Assembly: GCA_964016885.1 (NCBI GenBank)
Contig: OZ024743.1
Coordinates: forward strand, 277,326,001-277,390,000
DNA length: 64,000 nt
Reading direction: 5' to 3'
Origin: Eledone cirrhosa
Lineage: Eukaryota
Positions within the stretch are counted from its first letter, which is position 1. Each line of letters opens with the position of its first letter. The notes under the pieces are model-generated. The model was not told the DNA's origin. It did not search any database and saw nothing but the letters and a program-made list of their open reading frames with translations. The position numbers and the translations under genes were made by a program. Shown here piece by piece: positions 48,583 through 62,722 of this stretch.

Positions 48583-48683
48583 GTAGAACACTGGAAGGTA
48601 ATATCACTTTTCTTTAAATCCATCAACCAATATCCTCCTACCACAGAAAAGATATAAATACCACCATATTACTTGGACAGTCG

Positions 48684-48732
48684 GCTTCCTGATGATTTCT
48701 CCCGAATGAAACAGTTCCAGTCCTGTAGAAGC
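48684..48732 (+). ncRNA. Possible degenerate hammerhead motif
   Basis: CTGATGA 48689-95, weak stem II ttc/gaa, GAAA 48708-11, cagt-TC; stem I unclear. Confidence 0.35.
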
Positions 48733-49199
48733 TTTTCTATATATATATATTGGGAGAGTCATACTATCAATAGAAACACATGCACATGTTGGATTTCATT
48801 TCAATTTATTACAAATTTCCAGTTTGTTGGTTTAGTAACCGGATGGTTGTTTATTGTCAAAGCTCTTTTATCACACAATTTGTGATATCCCCAGTGACTA
48901 ATTTGTTATTTTGTGTCTCTCCTCTCTTCTGTCCTACATCATCTTGTTTTTGTGTGTTGCGTGCTAGGTTATACATGCTTTAGGTTATACATGGTTATAC
49001 ATGCTTTAGGTTATACATCCGTTGTATTCGTGTGTGTGTTTATTTATTTATTTATTCACCACTCGTTGTTTGCTTGTTCTATTTGTGTGTGTCTGGTTTC
49101 TTTTAGTAGTTTGGTTCTTGTGTGTCTCTGTATGTCTTTATTTTGTCCTCCATTAGTTTGGTTCTTGTGTGTCTTTGAATGACCTTAGCTTGTTATCAA

Positions 49200-49511
49200 T
49201 TAATAGTTGTTCTTTCTGTTTAATTTTGGTTGGAATTCGTTTATAATCTGTCGGAGCATTGCGTCTTTTCTATGTGTGGATATCATTTTTATTTCTATGA
49301 TCTCTTGTGTGCCCCCATGTTCCATTTTGGCATGTTGGTGGAGTACTGATGAGTTCTTCCCATCTTGGAATTCTCGCCAGTGATTATTTATCCTTTGTAC
49401 TATGCCACGGGCAGTTTCATCTATGTCAGTTGTGTTCTTATTTCTGCACTGTCCCTCCTTACATCTTATGATATATACTACGTTCAAAGTTTTGCAGTTA
49501 ATTAGATACAC
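49200..49511 (-). mobile_element. GIY-YIG endonuclease remnant (Penelope-like)
   Basis: NCKTLNVVYIIRC...DIDETARGIVQRINNH...SSVLHQHA...QPKLN resembles the VVY/YIGET..R..EH pattern. Confidence 0.7.
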
Positions 49512-50070
49512 ACGACCTCAGCAGCCTCTGTCCCACAACACCACCTACCATTACCTCAATGACTAAAAGGACCCACACAGAGACATGGAGTGTGTGTGTG
49601 CATACGGACGGTGTAGGCGGGTTTTCCTATCTAATATAGTCCGAGATGAGTTTTCGAGTCGATAAGTCCGAAGTGTATAGTGGCAGTGTGTCGAGTGGAA
49701 GAGAAAGGAATTGTAGGTTGGTGGTAGGCACAGGAAGTGGGTGGGGCTATATGTGTGTGTGTGCATGCGGGGCAGATGGGGTGACAGAATTCTAAGGAAT
49801 GACTAAGGGTTGGATGTGTGATATGGTCAGCAGTCAAATAAAGTGGAGGGGACGGAGGTTGAAGGAACGTGTGGTCGGGGAATAAGTAGATAGATAATGT
49901 GCTGGGTGTGGGCTAGAGAATCGGTGTGACAGAGTGGGAGCTGCCAGTGTGAATGCTACGGATGGTGTGGCGGTGGTGGCGGCAGTATTGGTGGTGATGG
50001 TGAAGGTGATGGAGTGGATAGTGAATGCTTTTATGTCGGAATTTGTGGTGATGTTGGATGTTATATATAT

Positions 50071-50712
50071 ATATGAATAAAAAATAGAGCGAGAAACGGG
50101 GCTGTCCATCATCAGTGATCTTCAGACTATCATCGATATTTCTTCGCATTAAAGACCACCTCAAAATCAGTGCGAGCAATAATTAAAATAAGTTTTTGGG
50201 ACAGAGCGAATTGGGTGGAGAAAGAGGGACAGTAAACAAACAAAAATAGTAATGCAACGTAAAGAGAGGAAATGAGAGACAAGTCAATGATACATGTGAA
50301 CTTAAGTTCGAACAAATCAACGACAGGAAGACGGCAGACGCGTCCGAACCCTGCGAAATGTGAGCGAGAAAAGGATTTCACAGAGGCCAGACGGGAGGAA
50401 GTGAGAGAGGGGGAGCAGCAGAGAGTGAGTGAGTGAAAGTGTGAGGAACAGGCCAGCCGAGAGAGTGTGTGACCTGCAGAGGGGGGAGTGAATGAAAGCA
50501 ACAGGTACAAGGAGAGAGAAGGGGGAGAGAGAAAGAAGATAGCAGTAAGGTGATAGAAAAAGACAAACCACAGCGAGAGGAAAAATTATATCTGAATGAA
50601 AAAATGGCGTGCTTTGTTGTTGCGAGTGTGATACATATGAATGAAAAAATAGAGCGAGAAATGGGACTGTCCATCATCAGTGATCTTCTGACTAACATCG
50701 GTATTTCTTCAC

Positions 50713-50717
<5 letters not shown>
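50071..50717. repeat. ~80-bp direct repeat pair (50071-50151, 50635-50717)
   Basis: atatgaat...aaatagagcgagaaa.ggg.ctgtccatcatcagtgatcttc.gacta.catcg.tatttcttc.catta occurs twice. Confidence 0.85.
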
Positions 50718-50763
<46 letters not shown>

Positions 50764-50829
50764 ACACATATACTGCCAATACTGAAACTGAACCATCAAG
50801 ACAGTTGAGGTATGTCATATATCAATTCA

Positions 50830-50900
50830 TATATTTTATCTGATGAGGACGTACTGTAAAAAATACCACAGTACCTCCGAAATATATATAATAAAACATA
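50830..50900 (+). ncRNA. Minimal type I hammerhead ribozyme, same family as 34538-34607
   Basis: ttttat-CTGATGA(50840-46)-gga.gtactgt/acagtac.tcc-GAAA(50879-82)-tata-TA-taataaaa. Confidence 0.8.
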
Positions 50901-50956
50901 TTTTGATTATGTGAACGTCTTCATTTATTAATAATTTGAATAATACACACACACAG

Positions 50957-51008
<52 letters not shown>

Positions 51009-51012
51009 ACAC

Positions 51013-51048
<36 letters not shown>

Positions 51049-51049
51049 A

Positions 51050-51167
<118 letters not shown>

Positions 51168-52091
51168 TATAAACCTATATATTTCATAAGTAAAGTAAAC
51201 AGAATTATATATATCTGGAGCTATGTGTTTCGTGTGTTCAATTTATGGCCGTCAGTACTATTGACTGGATCGAGAAGAAAGAAAATACTATATATATATA
51301 TATATATGTATATAAACGTATATTATAGTATATACGTGCATTTATACATACATAAATCTATGCATGTACAAACAATGGTGTATTAACGAGTTGATGTTTT
51401 AAAGCACACATGTATACTGTCACACATGTATACACAAATACATACATCTATAAATAAACACACACTCACGTTTTTGTATTCTAAGTTAAAACCGGTTTCT
51501 ATGGTTAAACTAATCACTTTGTTTGGTTCTTAGAAGCTTTACAAAAAAGTAAATATACCAGTTTGTGTTTGCATTACGGAAATAGACACACACACATCCA
51601 CCCATGCAAACACACACATACACCCGCGCACACACGTACACATACATACACACACAGACACACACACACATTCATAGACGCTCAGACACACACACACACA
51701 CTCAGACACACACATACATACACACAGATACACACACACACACACATGTGTACACACAGACACACACTCACATACACCCACACACACAAACACACATACA
51801 AACTAACAAAGATATACGAACATAAATACACATATTTATTTATAAACACTGATACATGTACTTTCATACATATTAATATACACACATATATACACATACA
51901 CATTACGATCTAATAAGTATATTCACATATACACACCCACCTTAAGACAGATAGACGTTTCCTTTATACTCCATGACAACCGGAAGTATTAGATTACGTT
52001 TGGGGTTTTTAAGTGCTTCCTAATACATTTCCAAAATGAAATAACAACCAATATCACCAGACGACATGTTTGTTTATTTGTTTGTTTTAGT

Positions 52092-52955
52092 AATAACAAT
52101 AATGGTTTCTTATACAGGCACAAGGCCAGCAATTTCGGGGAGGGGAAAGTCGATGAAATCGACCCCAATGCGTGACTGGTACTTTATTTTATCGACCCCC
52201 GTGAGGATGAAATGCAAAGTTAACCTCGGCGGGATTTGAACTTAGATAATAAAGGGCCGTAACTCTATGCTGCAAAGCATGGCGTCCAAATGTCTACCGA
52301 TACTGCCAATCCACCAGTAACAATAATAATAGTTATTTCTACTTTTAGCACAAGGCCAGCAATTTGAAGGAAAGGGGAAAATCGATTAAATCGATCCCTG
52401 TGTATTACCGGTACTTTATTTTATCGAGGCCGTAAGGATAAAAGGCAAAGCTAAACTCGACACGACTTTAACCCAGAATGTAAAGGGTCATAACTCTATG
52501 CTGCAAAGCATAGTGTCTGACGCTCTACCGACACTGCCAATCCACCGCCCTTATAACAATAATAATTATAATTTCTACTTTAGGCACAAGGCCAACAATT
52601 CGAGGGTGGAAAGTTGAGATTAAATCGACCCTAGTGCATTACTGGTGCTTTATTTTATCGATTCCGTAAGGATGGAAGGCAAAGTTAACCTTGGCGGGAT
52701 TTGAATTCAGAACGTAAAGGGCCATAAGTCTATGCTGCAAAACAGGTGCCTGGCGCTCAGTAATAATAATTGTTTCTACTTTTGGCACAAGGCCAGCAAA
52801 TACCCAGTGCATTACTGGTACTTTATTTTATCGACCCCGTAAGGATGAAAGGCAACGTGAACCTCGGCGGGATTTGAACTCAGACCGTAAAGGGACGTAA
52901 CTATGCTGGGAAGCATGGCGTCCTACTCTCTACCGATACTGCCAATCCACCGCCC
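52092..52955 (-). mobile_element. Four head-to-tail tRNA-derived SINE copies (Deu/Nin-like core)
   Basis: Units at ~52092-52316, 52318-52550, 52553-52760 and 52761-52955, each with ggcacaaggccagca...tactttattttatcga...aaggatgaaaggcaaag...gggatttgaac. Confidence 0.9.
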
Positions 52956-52973
52956 TAATAATAATAATAATAA

Positions 52974-55387
52974 TTTCTTTATTGGTCACAAGGGTCCATA
53001 TATAAGGGACAATACAATAGACAGGGAGAGTGAGGGTTTATATAAATACGTGTAAAAAATATAAATAACAAAAAAAATAACAATCAAAATACAACAATGA
53101 AAATTCCCCTATTCGGGGCGTAACCCCCCACAGCCGACTCGGGTACCCCTCCAATCCTATATCACTCGCTGCTTCGAGGGCACACGGGAAGGGCACCCTC
53201 TCCTCCTCAAGTTAACACGCCTACAGGCGCATGCTTAGAATAGGCCCATTCACGTGGGCCTTTCTCGCCACATTCACCCACCTTTTATCAAATGTACTGG
53301 GGGTGGGCAGCAATTCTCTCTCCACCCTCACCTTCCTTTCCAAGTGAAACTTGAAAAGTTGTTGAGAGATTGGCCGAAGTGTCTGTCTTCAGTCCTTTCA
53401 GCTTGGTCCATCACACAACCACTTTCGCTAGCGCCACCAGACAGAGGAAAACTGCCTGCCCTTCCCAGTCAAAAGAAGGCGGTGGGGTGATTTTCACTAT
53501 GGACTCGGTCGATAGCCGGATCCGTCCAGCACCCGACAACAGATGATCGACATAACTCCACTAGTCAGTAATGCACGGATACTGGACTAGTGCGTGCAGA
53601 AGGCTTTCGTCGTTCTGCGAGCATCTCGAGCAGGTCCGTCTGACAGCACTTCCGCGCCTGCAGAGTTTATCTCGAACCGGCAGAGTGAAAGTTCCACTGA
53701 CCACATTGCCTGCCTGGTAGAGGGCAGTGACCGCTTAGTAACATTCCAGATGCCAGGCGCCCAGTCTTAGTCTCTTCTTGAACCAGGATTGCAGCTCAGT
53801 CAAAGAGACGAGCTGTGGAAAGACTTATCTCACAAACGGCGACCACACCTGTTCCTCGTTTAGACAGTGTATCTGGAGATGCCAGAGTCTCAGCGCATGT
53901 TTGCGCATCATTAGCCACGACATGCCCAGCCCTCCATGTAGAGGGTGCTGACAGCAGATGGACTGCCTCACCAACGGAACCTGTTCTCTCCACAAGAAGT
54001 TGAAAAGAAGCAGTTTCAATTTGGTGAGGTCACAAACGGGGGAAAAGCACGACAGTCAGGCAGTAATAGATGACGAATGCGATGTATGTATTCGCTACCC
54101 CTACTCGACCTTTCATGGACAGTTTCCTCTCGGTCGATTTCTGGGTGAGATTGACCACCTTAATCATAACCTCGTCCTAATTCTTATCCACCTGGAGATC
54201 TGTTCCGAACCAGACCCCGAGCAACTTTACCGATCCGTCCGTCCAGCGCCCTACGACGCGGTTGAACGGCATGGACTTGCCTCTTCAGGTGCCGAGCTGG
54301 AAGCCCACCGACTTTTCTGGGTTTAATTTTGCTACCGTCAACCTTTCATATTCCTCCAAGCAAGTGCCGACTACCTCGATTTCCGGTGATGTCTTCCGCA
54401 TACGCCGATAGAGCCCTTCCGCGTCCTGATTCGAGGAGGATGTCCTGCAACAGCTCCAGCTTCCGCAGTAGAGGCTTGAGCATCAAAACGTACAGAAGGG
54501 AGGAGAGAGGGCACCCTTGACAGACCGATCGGGGGCCCTGAAACGGTTCTGAAATATGGCAATTAACGTTGACTACCGAGCAGATGCTGCTGTGCATTGC
54601 AACGATCCGGCCTCGGGACCGAAGTTAGCTGCCTTGAGGACAGCCACCAGGTATCGATGGTTGACTCTATCGAAAGCTTTCGATTGATGTAAATTGATCA
54701 GAGCCCTTCCAAGGCCAGGTTTACACTCTACCCTCTTTATGATGTATCGCATGAGATGGAGGTTGTCGTGAATGAACCTGGTAGCGATTGCGCAAGTTTG
54801 CGCCTCCCCTACCAAATCTTCGATTACAAGCGCCAACCTCTTCGCTAACACCTTGGTCAACATCTTAAAGTCTGTGTTTAGCAGAGTTATGGGTCTGATG
54901 TTGTCTAATGTATCCCTCTTGTTCTCGTCTTTCCTTATCAGCGTCACCACTCCCCTGCTCACAGAACTGGGAATACTGCCGTTCTACTGCCAGTTGCAGT
55001 AGAGCGTTTCGAAAAGATCGGAGAACAAGTCTCGCATGTCTATGTAAAGCTCGTAGGGCAGGCCATCCAAACCTGGTGACTTGCGCCTCGTGCAGCCTTC
55101 TAGGGCATCTCGAATTCGGCTGATGTTATCGGCCTTTCGCAGCACCCAGCATCGGCTGGTGAGAGACGCGTAGGCCGTCAAAGTAGGGACTGAAATCCGC
55201 CACCTTCTCCGACCTCCTCTCCCCCCGAACAACTGAGCAAAGTGCTGGTGAAAGGCCTCACACATCTGATGGAATCGTTCAGTTCGCTGTAGTCTCGATA
55301 TGTCAAAGACCGAGTTGTGGTTTTGTTAGCACGCTGCCCTCTGCCACGCGGGCTCATCGAACAGCTTTGGTTCCCTCGTTTCTTGCA
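52974..55387 (-). mobile_element. Decayed, 5'-truncated L1/Tx1 element related to the intact copy
   Basis: MCEAF, KSPGLDGLPYELY, RPITLLNTDFK, QSKAFDRV, QGCPLSSLLY, GGLG..WLMMRKHALRL; frameshifts and an internal deletion near 53690; AATAAAGAAA followed by (TTA)n at the 3' end. Confidence 0.93.
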
Positions 55388-55789
55388 TAAAGTAACTGTT
55401 GAATATAGAAATAATTAATTAAACCCTTTCTCGCTGTCTCCCAAATCTTAGCTAAGACAGAACAAGTTCACCGATATATCAGAGTGAAGATATACACAAG
55501 CTGCAAGTTATGCCAGCATTATGAAGACTTAACTAAATATATGTGGTATAGGGCAAAAAATGACAAAGCAACCATATTTGGGTAAATATAAAAACATACA
55601 GACAGGGTGCTCAAGGATAATTGACCAGATATTGTATACAAAGACTGACAGGAAAAGATGATTCTTAATCGATGTTTCAGTCTCCACTGATGACAATATA
55701 TCTCCCAAAGAAATAGAGAATAATCCAAATATAAAAATCTAGAAAAAGTGATAGCCGAAATGTGGGCTAGGAAAACAGAAACAATTCCT

Positions 55790-55971
55790 ATAATAATAGT
55801 TTTTAGCAGAAGGCCAGCAATTATTCCAGTGCATTACTGGTACTTTATTTTATCGACTCCCGTAAGGATGAAAGGCAAAGTTAACCTCGGCGGGATTTGA
55901 ACTCAGACCGTAAAGGGACGTAACTATGCTGGAAAGCATGGTGTCCGACCTTCGACCGATACTGCCAATCC
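55790..55971 (-). mobile_element. tRNA-derived SINE, internally deleted subfamily
   Basis: Closely matches 52781-52950. Confidence 0.9.
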
Positions 55972-56824
55972 AATAATAGTTGAATACGAAAACTAAACTC
56001 CTCTCTCTGTTCCATAGTATACTGCGCTAATTATACATGATGTTCTTAATTCAACGAAAGATTGCTTCCCTAGATTGTTGCTTTTGCTATTAATATTTAT
56101 TACTTATAGTTTTTAACTCCTTTCGATCAATGTAACATTTTATATGATCGGCGACAGCCTTTTTTCTTAACATTGGTCTCAGTGATAACATCTCGACAGT
56201 TTAGTTTAATATATTTTCTAAATGATGCAGTAACGACTCAGAGCTTAGTGATTTTACTATTATGATACAATTATGATAAGGAGAGTCTTTATATATATAT
56301 ATCCTACATACCTTGCTTGTTATATTGCTATGTGTTTTTAACCGATCAATTGTTTAAAACTGGTGTGAAGAAATATCCTTTCACAACAAGATCATGAGTG
56401 ATAATGTCTGGTCAGTTTGGTTTAATATTTCTAATAATTTACACAATAGCATCTTAGAATATTGTGAAATGGCCAATATAAGTTTTTCTTTATCGCTTAC
56501 TTAACATTTCACGCCCTCCAAAACTGGTGAGGGGAATGGAGGAAGGTATTTTCAAATTAGATGCCTCATACTGGATATCTGATCCGATTACTTGCAGCAG
56601 TGTGGAGTCCTTTGAATACACCCAACAGCAAGGCGATTTTGCTAAATCCGGCAACGGATTAAGTCTGCCACTCAAATAGGCAAAGGTTGATTTGAGCTAA
56701 AAACGCAATAAGAACCCACCCCACCCCACCCCCAATAAAAAACACTCTAATTCTTCTGCCAATTCGACGCTATATATTTCATGAACATAATTATAAAAAA
56801 TATCACGTACATTCTTCTTCTTCT

Positions 56825-56943
<119 letters not shown>

Positions 56944-56959
56944 AGAGGGCGGAGGGTTC

Positions 56960-57180
56960 CTTTCAGGAGCAATTGTCTCCAAATGATTTGGCTGGATTCC
57001 CAAGCGAGACCAACTGAGCTTATGGATGTCATCCAACCATTTTGCTTGTGGTCTAACTCTGGGTCTCCTGCCTGTTCGCTTTGCCCATAAAATCAGTCCA
57101 CCGATGCTTTCTTTAACCATTCCAACCACATGTCCGTAGCACCGGAGCTGTGATCTCTCAATGTGGATAAATAGCCGATT
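56960..57180 (-). mobile_element. RTE-clade LINE 3' fragment
   Basis: IERSQLRCYGHVVGM...GRRPRVRPQAKWLDDI. Confidence 0.75.
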
Positions 57181-57189
57181 TACTTAGAG

Positions 57190-58700
57190 CGACTCCCTAA
57201 TCTCCGAGTTTCGCACCCTATCGAGTAACGATATTTTTCTACGTATTTTGACGCCTTACGATAAGAAAATGAATTAATGCGAATAATCCTGAATTGCATA
57301 TAACTGAGAACAGCAAATGGAACACTACCACTTTGATTCTCATTAAAATTTTCGCTATATCCTCTATGTTTAAACAAAAGAAAATTGTATTCAGGTTCTT
57401 AATAGAGAAAACCATTTTAACTTCAGAAAATCTCGATTACTTGCCATAAAATAAATGCTCAGATGAATCAGTCACAAATCTTTAATTTGGAACACTAAAA
57501 GTTTCTTGACATTTGCTGGTTGTGTATGAATAGTAGATTTATTATTTGAAATATCGCAAAATCGGCCATAGTAATCTTGTCACATCTCTCGAGAGTCTCT
57601 TGAGAAACCACAAAATGTTAATACAACCACAGAACACTATAAATTAAGATATGTATTGTTTCTGAAACTGAAATCAGTGCTACGATATAGCGCCATGCGT
57701 AGTATATGATGTTATAGTTATTAAGTTCCGTTGAGGTGTATTTAAAGTAGAATTTCCTTATTCTAAACGACTCTACTTCACGACATTTGATATTGTGTGA
57801 TTTAGTAGAGAAACTGTAAAAAATTAACAATGTAATACCACTTTACAAATGTTAACTTGCTGAATCATTTTAACCCATCTATACCTATCTATCCTCCATA
57901 TTTCAGTTTGGTTGCTTCAATGGTATATGCAAGCCAAGACTGAATTCACTTTATGAACATTTGTCAGTCACCCTTTCCATATGATAGTCAATAAACAATG
58001 TAAGTAAGGCGAGCACTTGTTATAGAAATGCTACTTACACAAATGTTAATTTTTGGTAAATGTTTGGAGATAAGCGACCTTTTATATAAGCGACATTTAT
58101 AAAGCTGCAAGTTTTGATGAAATATAACTTGATATCTCCAAAATATACTTAAAAACAAGGATAATAAATTGAAATTTAAAACATTCACCTTAATTCAAAT
58201 AACATTTTCAAATTCCATAGCTTGTCGCCTAAACTTCTGCAGCATGTTACTGCTGACATATATGTCATAGATTCGCTGTCATTAAACTAACATAAATTCA
58301 ATGTAATTCAAATGATAGCCTGCTGGTGAGTCGAGTCAGCAACAGGATTTCTGCTCCTGTTTCAATAGTAATTTTTACGTAATAAATGTCTTCGCTAGTG
58401 TTTTGCAGGAAGGCAGGGGAATGACACATTTCAATATTGTCTCCGTTAAAACTGTAAAACTTAAAAAAATTAAATCGATTATTGATAATCATCGTAGAGT
58501 TTGTGATGCAGTTTCGATTTTTGATAGATGATAATTAATTCACTCAGTTGCCGCTGGGATTGTTGAACAAGGTGTAAATTCAAAATCATTTTTCGCCAAT
58601 AAACGTGTGTTATCGTTGCAGATATGTTTAATACAGATATGTTTAATACAAATATTTCAAATATTACAAACAAGATCTGCTATAATGAGAAGCTGTAAAA
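57190..58700 (-). pseudogene. Possible heavily decayed hAT (Charlie/Buster-like) transposase
   Basis: Broken motifs in the expected order: FIGEK (~58590), ILWFL (~57610), VPFA..Y/ICNSGLF (~57300), KYR (~57230); limits approximate. Confidence 0.4.
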
Positions 58701-58944
58701 ATTAACGATGTAATATCACTTTTCAAATGTAAACTTAGTGAATCACTTAACCCATCTAGAAATATCTATCAAATGTATTTGATACTAAACTTTTAAAGGA
58801 TGAATCGCATGTAGCTAAAGTTGTAAATAACCGGTTAACTTAAGAAGTATTGGAAAAGCATAAAAATTGAAATATAACCGTCCCAGTTTTCTTTGGATTT
58901 ACTGAACTTTCTGCGCATATATTATATATATGGAAAGCCACTAG

Positions 58945-59512
58945 AGCTGGTTTAGGACGTCCTGTATATGGGAGAACAGATTGGGAATACAGAGGATGAT
59001 GTGGTGGAGAGGAGGAGCAAAGCCTGGGTGGTGTGTCAGTTTGAGGTCGGTCTGGAAGTTGGACCTTCGTAAAAAACTGAAGATCCGTCTCTTCGTCGCT
59101 ACAGCGGAGTCTATGCTGCTGTACGGGTCTGAGATCTGAACACTGATCAAGAGACTCACTCAGATGGTGGATGGATGCTACACTAGAATGCTGAGGATGA
59201 CTCTGAACATTAGCCAGTATGCATTGAGGATGAAGAACTCAGAGCTGTACGCGAGTCTTCCAAAGGTCAGATCGAAAGTGACACAGAGGAGACTAAGGTT
59301 AGCTGGACATGTTCATCGACATTCAGAGTTGACACTGTACTAAGTGGTTCTGTGAGAGCCCCTACTCGGACTCACTTGAAGAGGAAGACCGAGGATAGAA
59401 TATGTTGATGCCCTAAGGACATCTCTGGGAGACGCGGGATATAGCGGCGATGATGAAGGACAGAAACCGCTGCAGAGAACTCATACATGGATCTCGGGAA
59501 TTTTACCCGCCC
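58945..59512 (+). mobile_element. RTE-clade LINE 3' fragment
   Basis: LKIRLFVATAESMLLYGSE...DGCYTRMLR...RRLRLAGH; ends ctcgggaattttacccgccc followed by (AT)n. Confidence 0.88.
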
Positions 59513-59988
59513 CATATATATATATATATATATCACAAATGTGAAAATAAATTTATTCAATCAGTAACTGTTTTCTTGAGTAACTAAATATAACTTCGTG
59601 CTTCGTAAAAAGAAAAAAACAAAGAAATGAAAACATTATTGATTATATTGGGGTCATGGAAAGAAACTTGAATGGAAAGTATGGGTGTTCCAGATACAAT
59701 TTTGTTGTAGGGAGTTATGGGCCAATCACATTTCCTTTTAGTTCAATTAACTGTGAATTGAAATGGTACAAGAAAGACTGGTGATTAAATGTCAACTCGA
59801 GCGAGAAACACGCAAGGATTTTATTTTACCCAATAACCAGAAATAATAATAATAATGATGATGATGATGATGGGGATAATAGATGATGATGATGGTGATT
59901 TCTCTTGTTTGCAACTAGGGGTTCGGGTGAATGGACAAGTTACACAAGGTGTGGGAGTTTTTATGGTAATCGCATGAAATAAAACAAA

Positions 59989-60061
<73 letters not shown>

Positions 60062-60322
60062 TACATATTATACATGATGAAACTGTCCTTCTCAATACAG
60101 GATGACCTCTAAAATCAGATTATTGAAGGATTCCACAAATTTGCAGTTACCTTGACCACCAAAGGCAAGAGCTCTCACCCAATGTATCTTCTCCGACCTA
60201 TAGGCTCATGCTGACAGTAGAGCTACTCATTCTAAACATTTTTCTCATAGACATCCACCTTTTAAAAAATGACTGGAGGATAGCAACTCCCATTTATAAT
60301 GTTATCTTTTATTATCATATGG

Positions 60323-60546
60323 GCAGAAGGCGGTGGATTGACAGTGTCGGTAGAGCGTTGCACAACATGCTTTACAACTTAGTGTTACGTCCCTTTACAT
60401 TCTGAGTTCAAATCCCGCTGAGGTTAGCTTTGCCATTCATCCTTACGGCGTCGATAAAATAAAGTACCAGTAATGCACTGAGGTTGATTTAATTGGCTTT
60501 CCCCTCCCCAAATGGTTGGCCTTGTGCCTAAATCAGAAACCATTAT
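60323..60546 (+). mobile_element. Near full-length tRNA-derived SINE (Deu/Nin-like core)
   Basis: ggcggtggattgacagtgtcggtagagc head, GAGTTCAAATCC, ttcatccttacggcgtcgataaaataaagtaccag. Confidence 0.88.
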
Positions 60547-60894
60547 CACACCTGCGGTGGATGAGGTAAAATTACAAGAGGAATCTTAGAATGGTTTGGG
60601 GTGGGGTTAGATCGAGTATAGAAAACACCCAAGAAAACAAAACACAGACACACTATAAAATGAAATATTTACAATAAAATGTTTCAAGCATAGACACAGC
60701 CGCCCAGGGCTAACTGTGTAATCCTTGACCTGCAATAGTTTCCGCGTGATAAAGGTGCGTTTAATACAATTAAATAAACATTTAGTCTATTTAATAAATT
60801 ATTGTTTCATTTAATATTTTACTATAATTTGAGTAGTGAAATACTTCCCGTAAAATATTGGTAGGGGTTCCACATGAGTGTTCCATGACAATGT

Positions 60895-60912
60895 AAGTTT
60901 GAGAAACCCTAG
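60895..60912 (-). mobile_element. Solitary hAT/Charlie-like terminal sequence
   Basis: Minus strand reads CTAGGGTTTCTCAAACTT; no partner TIR found. Confidence 0.3.
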
Positions 60913-61307
60913 TGTTAGTACTATTAGATTAGTCAAGATTATTCTATTTGTTTCCTTTCTAGGTATAAATTCACTTAGGGACACATTATCTAATTTATCC
61001 CTCTGTTTTTGTTTACTTTCAAGACAATTGGGTAGGATATGAAAGAGATTTGGCTGCTATTTCTCGCAAGTTAAATAGCGACCACGTACAAGCTCCACCG
61101 GCGACTCTGTTCACTCGTGATTTAGATGTGTTTGCTTGACGTGTCTGTGATTTTCATACTGTGTATGCTTAAGAAGGAAGTTTACACTATGTCTAGATCA
61201 TTAGCATTGTTAGCTTCTGGCGGTGTTTGCTGAATCTCAAGTCTTTAAACCTAATCTTTAGTACTGATAGGAAGAATTTACTATTCTCATCCTTATGTAT
61301 GTTTTAT

Positions 61308-61367
<60 letters not shown>

Positions 61368-61517
61368 CGCATATACATATACATATGCATATGTATACAC
61401 GCGTACACTTTGACATATGTATGCATGTGCATAGGTATATATAAAAAATATACATACGTATGCACACGTATACAGACACAGACACACCTACACACATAAA
61501 TATATATATACATACAT

Positions 61518-61601
<84 letters not shown>

Positions 61602-62283
61602 GTATGTGCATATATATATACATATATGAGAAACGTAAACGAAGCAATTACTGCGTAGTAAGTAGTACGGCCGCGACAGTATATATTAGTTCTTCGTTTG
61701 AACTTGTCAATATAAAGAAAATGAAACACGCAGACAAAAGGGAGTATTACAATAGAGTGCAGCAAAGCGTGGAAAACCATGTCAAAAGCTGGCATAAATA
61801 GTTTGAGGCTGGTAGGCAAAGACGAAGATTTAGCAAACAAACAAATAGGAAAACTGAACCATGTCAAGCCAAGCAAAGCCAGTTTTCGTTTGTGGTCTGG
61901 AGAATAAAGCGTAAAATGATAGCGCTTTCATTGAAATCCGTTGATAGTTGAGTTGTGGTTGTATAAGCAAAAGACACTTGTGGTTGTATAAGCAAAAAAT
62001 CTATGTAGCGATGCCTCCTCACTTTACTCAAGAAATGTGTGCTTTCGTTCGTTCGTTCTGATGGTGATTTTTGCATTAGTATTCATCTTCGTGTTTGATT
62101 TTTATTGTGTGTATGTGTGTTGTTCGTTTTTCATCCGTATTCGCGTTATCCTTCGTACATGCATTCTATTAAGCGTGTACCGAAGTAAAACTATGAGAAG
62201 AGAGAGAGGGGCGAGAGAGAGAGAGGACGAATGAGAGAGAAGCAAGATAGAAAGAGTGAGTTATTTTGTATCTGTGTGTATGT

Positions 62284-62333
<50 letters not shown>

Positions 62334-62532
62334 GAGAAAAATAAAAAAGAGATAGATTGAGTGTTTGTGTATGTGAGAGAGAGAGGAAGAGAGAAAGAAA
62401 GTGGGAGAAAAACGAGAAATAGAGAGAAAGTAGGAGGGGGAGAGAGACAGTGAGAGAAAATAGAAATAAAGAGAAAGAGGGAGGGAGAGAGAGTGAGAGA
62501 AAAAAGAAATAGAGTAAGAGAGATATATATTA

Positions 62533-62722
62533 ATTATAATTGTTTCTACGTTAGGCACAAGGCCAGCAATTACCCAGTGTATTACTGGTACTTTATTTTA
62601 TCGACCCCGTAAGGATGAAAGGCAAAGTTAACCTCGGCGGGATTTGAACTCAGAATGGCAAGGGCCGTAACTCTATGCGCCAAAGCATGGCATCCGACAC
62701 TCTACCAATACTGCCAATCCAA
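62533..62722 (-). mobile_element. tRNA-derived SINE, internally deleted subfamily
   Basis: Same family and a similar deletion (ggccagcaattacccagtg). Confidence 0.9.

Noticed and set aside
50095-50145. Minus-strand CTGAAGA/CTGATGA as a hammerhead
   Set aside because: There is no correctly placed GAAA after a stem II.
55687-55720. CTGATGA...GAAA motif
   Set aside because: No stem II pairing and no UH cleavage triplet with a stem I.
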